Assembly (NCBI RefSeq): GCF_001194135.2
Contig: NC_068992.1
Span: forward strand, 19,022,354 to 19,086,353
Length of the DNA stretch: 64,000 nucleotides
Reading direction: 5' to 3'
Source: Octopus bimaculoides
Taxonomy: Eukaryota
Position numbers and translations under genes: made by a program. The notes under the pieces are model-generated. The model saw only the letters and a list, made by a program, of their open reading frames with translations. It was not told the origin of the DNA and did not search any database. Of this stretch, positions 63,041 through 64,000 are shown piece by piece (the first letter of the stretch is position 1; each line of letters begins with the position of its first letter).

Positions 63041-64000
63041 ATATATTTTAAAGAGAAAAATTAAAAGGTTAAGCGTGCGTGTGTACGTTTTGTAGGTTAG
63101 ACTAGAATATATNNNNNNNNNNNNNNNNNNNNNNNNNNNNNNNNNNCAGAAAAAAAGAGCTGGTTTAGGTTTGCTTTGAACTTATGATAATCCGATTACG
63201 ATTTACTTGGTGTAAAGTACACTTCTTTAAATGTAATTTTATTGCCAGCCACAAGGGCCAAACACAGAGTGGACAACTCAAGACATGTAGGGACATGTAA
63301 CAATTAAAATAAAATTATGAAACTATGAATGATAAATGATAATGATTTATGAAGTATGTGCCACTTACCTAACCTCAGCAGCAACATTAACGTCCTTTCA
63401 TATCCAATTAAAGTTAATATCGTATTGACCCACTAATTTATCATATTCTATTACGCCCGGAACTTCCTTATTGTCGCATATCATTTCTCTGTATTCCGCG
63501 CTTCTTTACAGTCTCTTATTATCCTCTGGCACCAATGCGCCTAAAGTCATTTTTTTTCTTTTTTCCTTCCCTTCATGTCTATCACTTTTACATCTCTCCA
63601 TTCCACTAACTTATCCACCACTTCCATTTTTACACCTTTCAATAAAGAGCACACAAGACAAATGGGAGGGGCGCTTTGCGTTTTTTTTTTTTTGTATAAC
63701 TGCTGTCCTTTATTTAAACTTTTTTGTGTTGGTGGGGAATGGGTGAGTTTGGTGTCCGCAGGGGAGGGCGGGGTTGAGAAGGTATGAGTGGGGTGGGGTG
63801 GGTACGTGCTGGGGTTCACTTAAGCTATCCTTTTCCCCTCTTCCTCTGTTTTCTTCCCGTAGCTTGCCATCCACCTTCCTCATTTCTTTCTTCCATCCTT
63901 TCCAGTTTCTTCTCTGCTCTCCCCTGGTTTGGATTAATTTTCAGAGGGCAATCCGCTCTAATGTGGCCCTTTTGGCCACATTTATAGCAACGAGAGATTC

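Overview
AT-rich, repeat-dense eukaryotic genomic DNA from a draft assembly with 12+ N-gaps, most flanked by microsatellites. The SINE families, microsatellite load and insulin type point to a cephalopod, most likely Octopus (inferred from pattern recognition, not a database hit). No rRNA, intact tRNA, CRISPR or prokaryotic gene is supported. One intact gene is clear: a single-ORF insulin-like prepropeptide (59865-60254, minus strand) with the molluscan insulin scaffold and two additional cysteines (10 in total). Mobile DNA includes many tRNA-derived SINEs, a decayed Tc1/mariner transposase, a nest of R4/Dong-like restriction-endonuclease LINE 3' ends in (TAA)n microsatellites, Penelope-type repeats with hammerhead-ribozyme-like cores, and a hAT-like MITE. 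Reading the unique stretches between repeats by hand suggests a series of heavily decayed, apparently intronless remnants of secretory-pathway or Golgi genes: three carbohydrate sulfotransferase-like, and STELLO/DUF288-, DUF1647-, GT14-, GT61-, MFS-, acyltransferase- and M12B-like. Almost all lie on the minus strand, like the insulin. These remnant calls rest on motif order matched from memory and need profile searches. Repeat and remnant coordinates are approximate (tens of bp).
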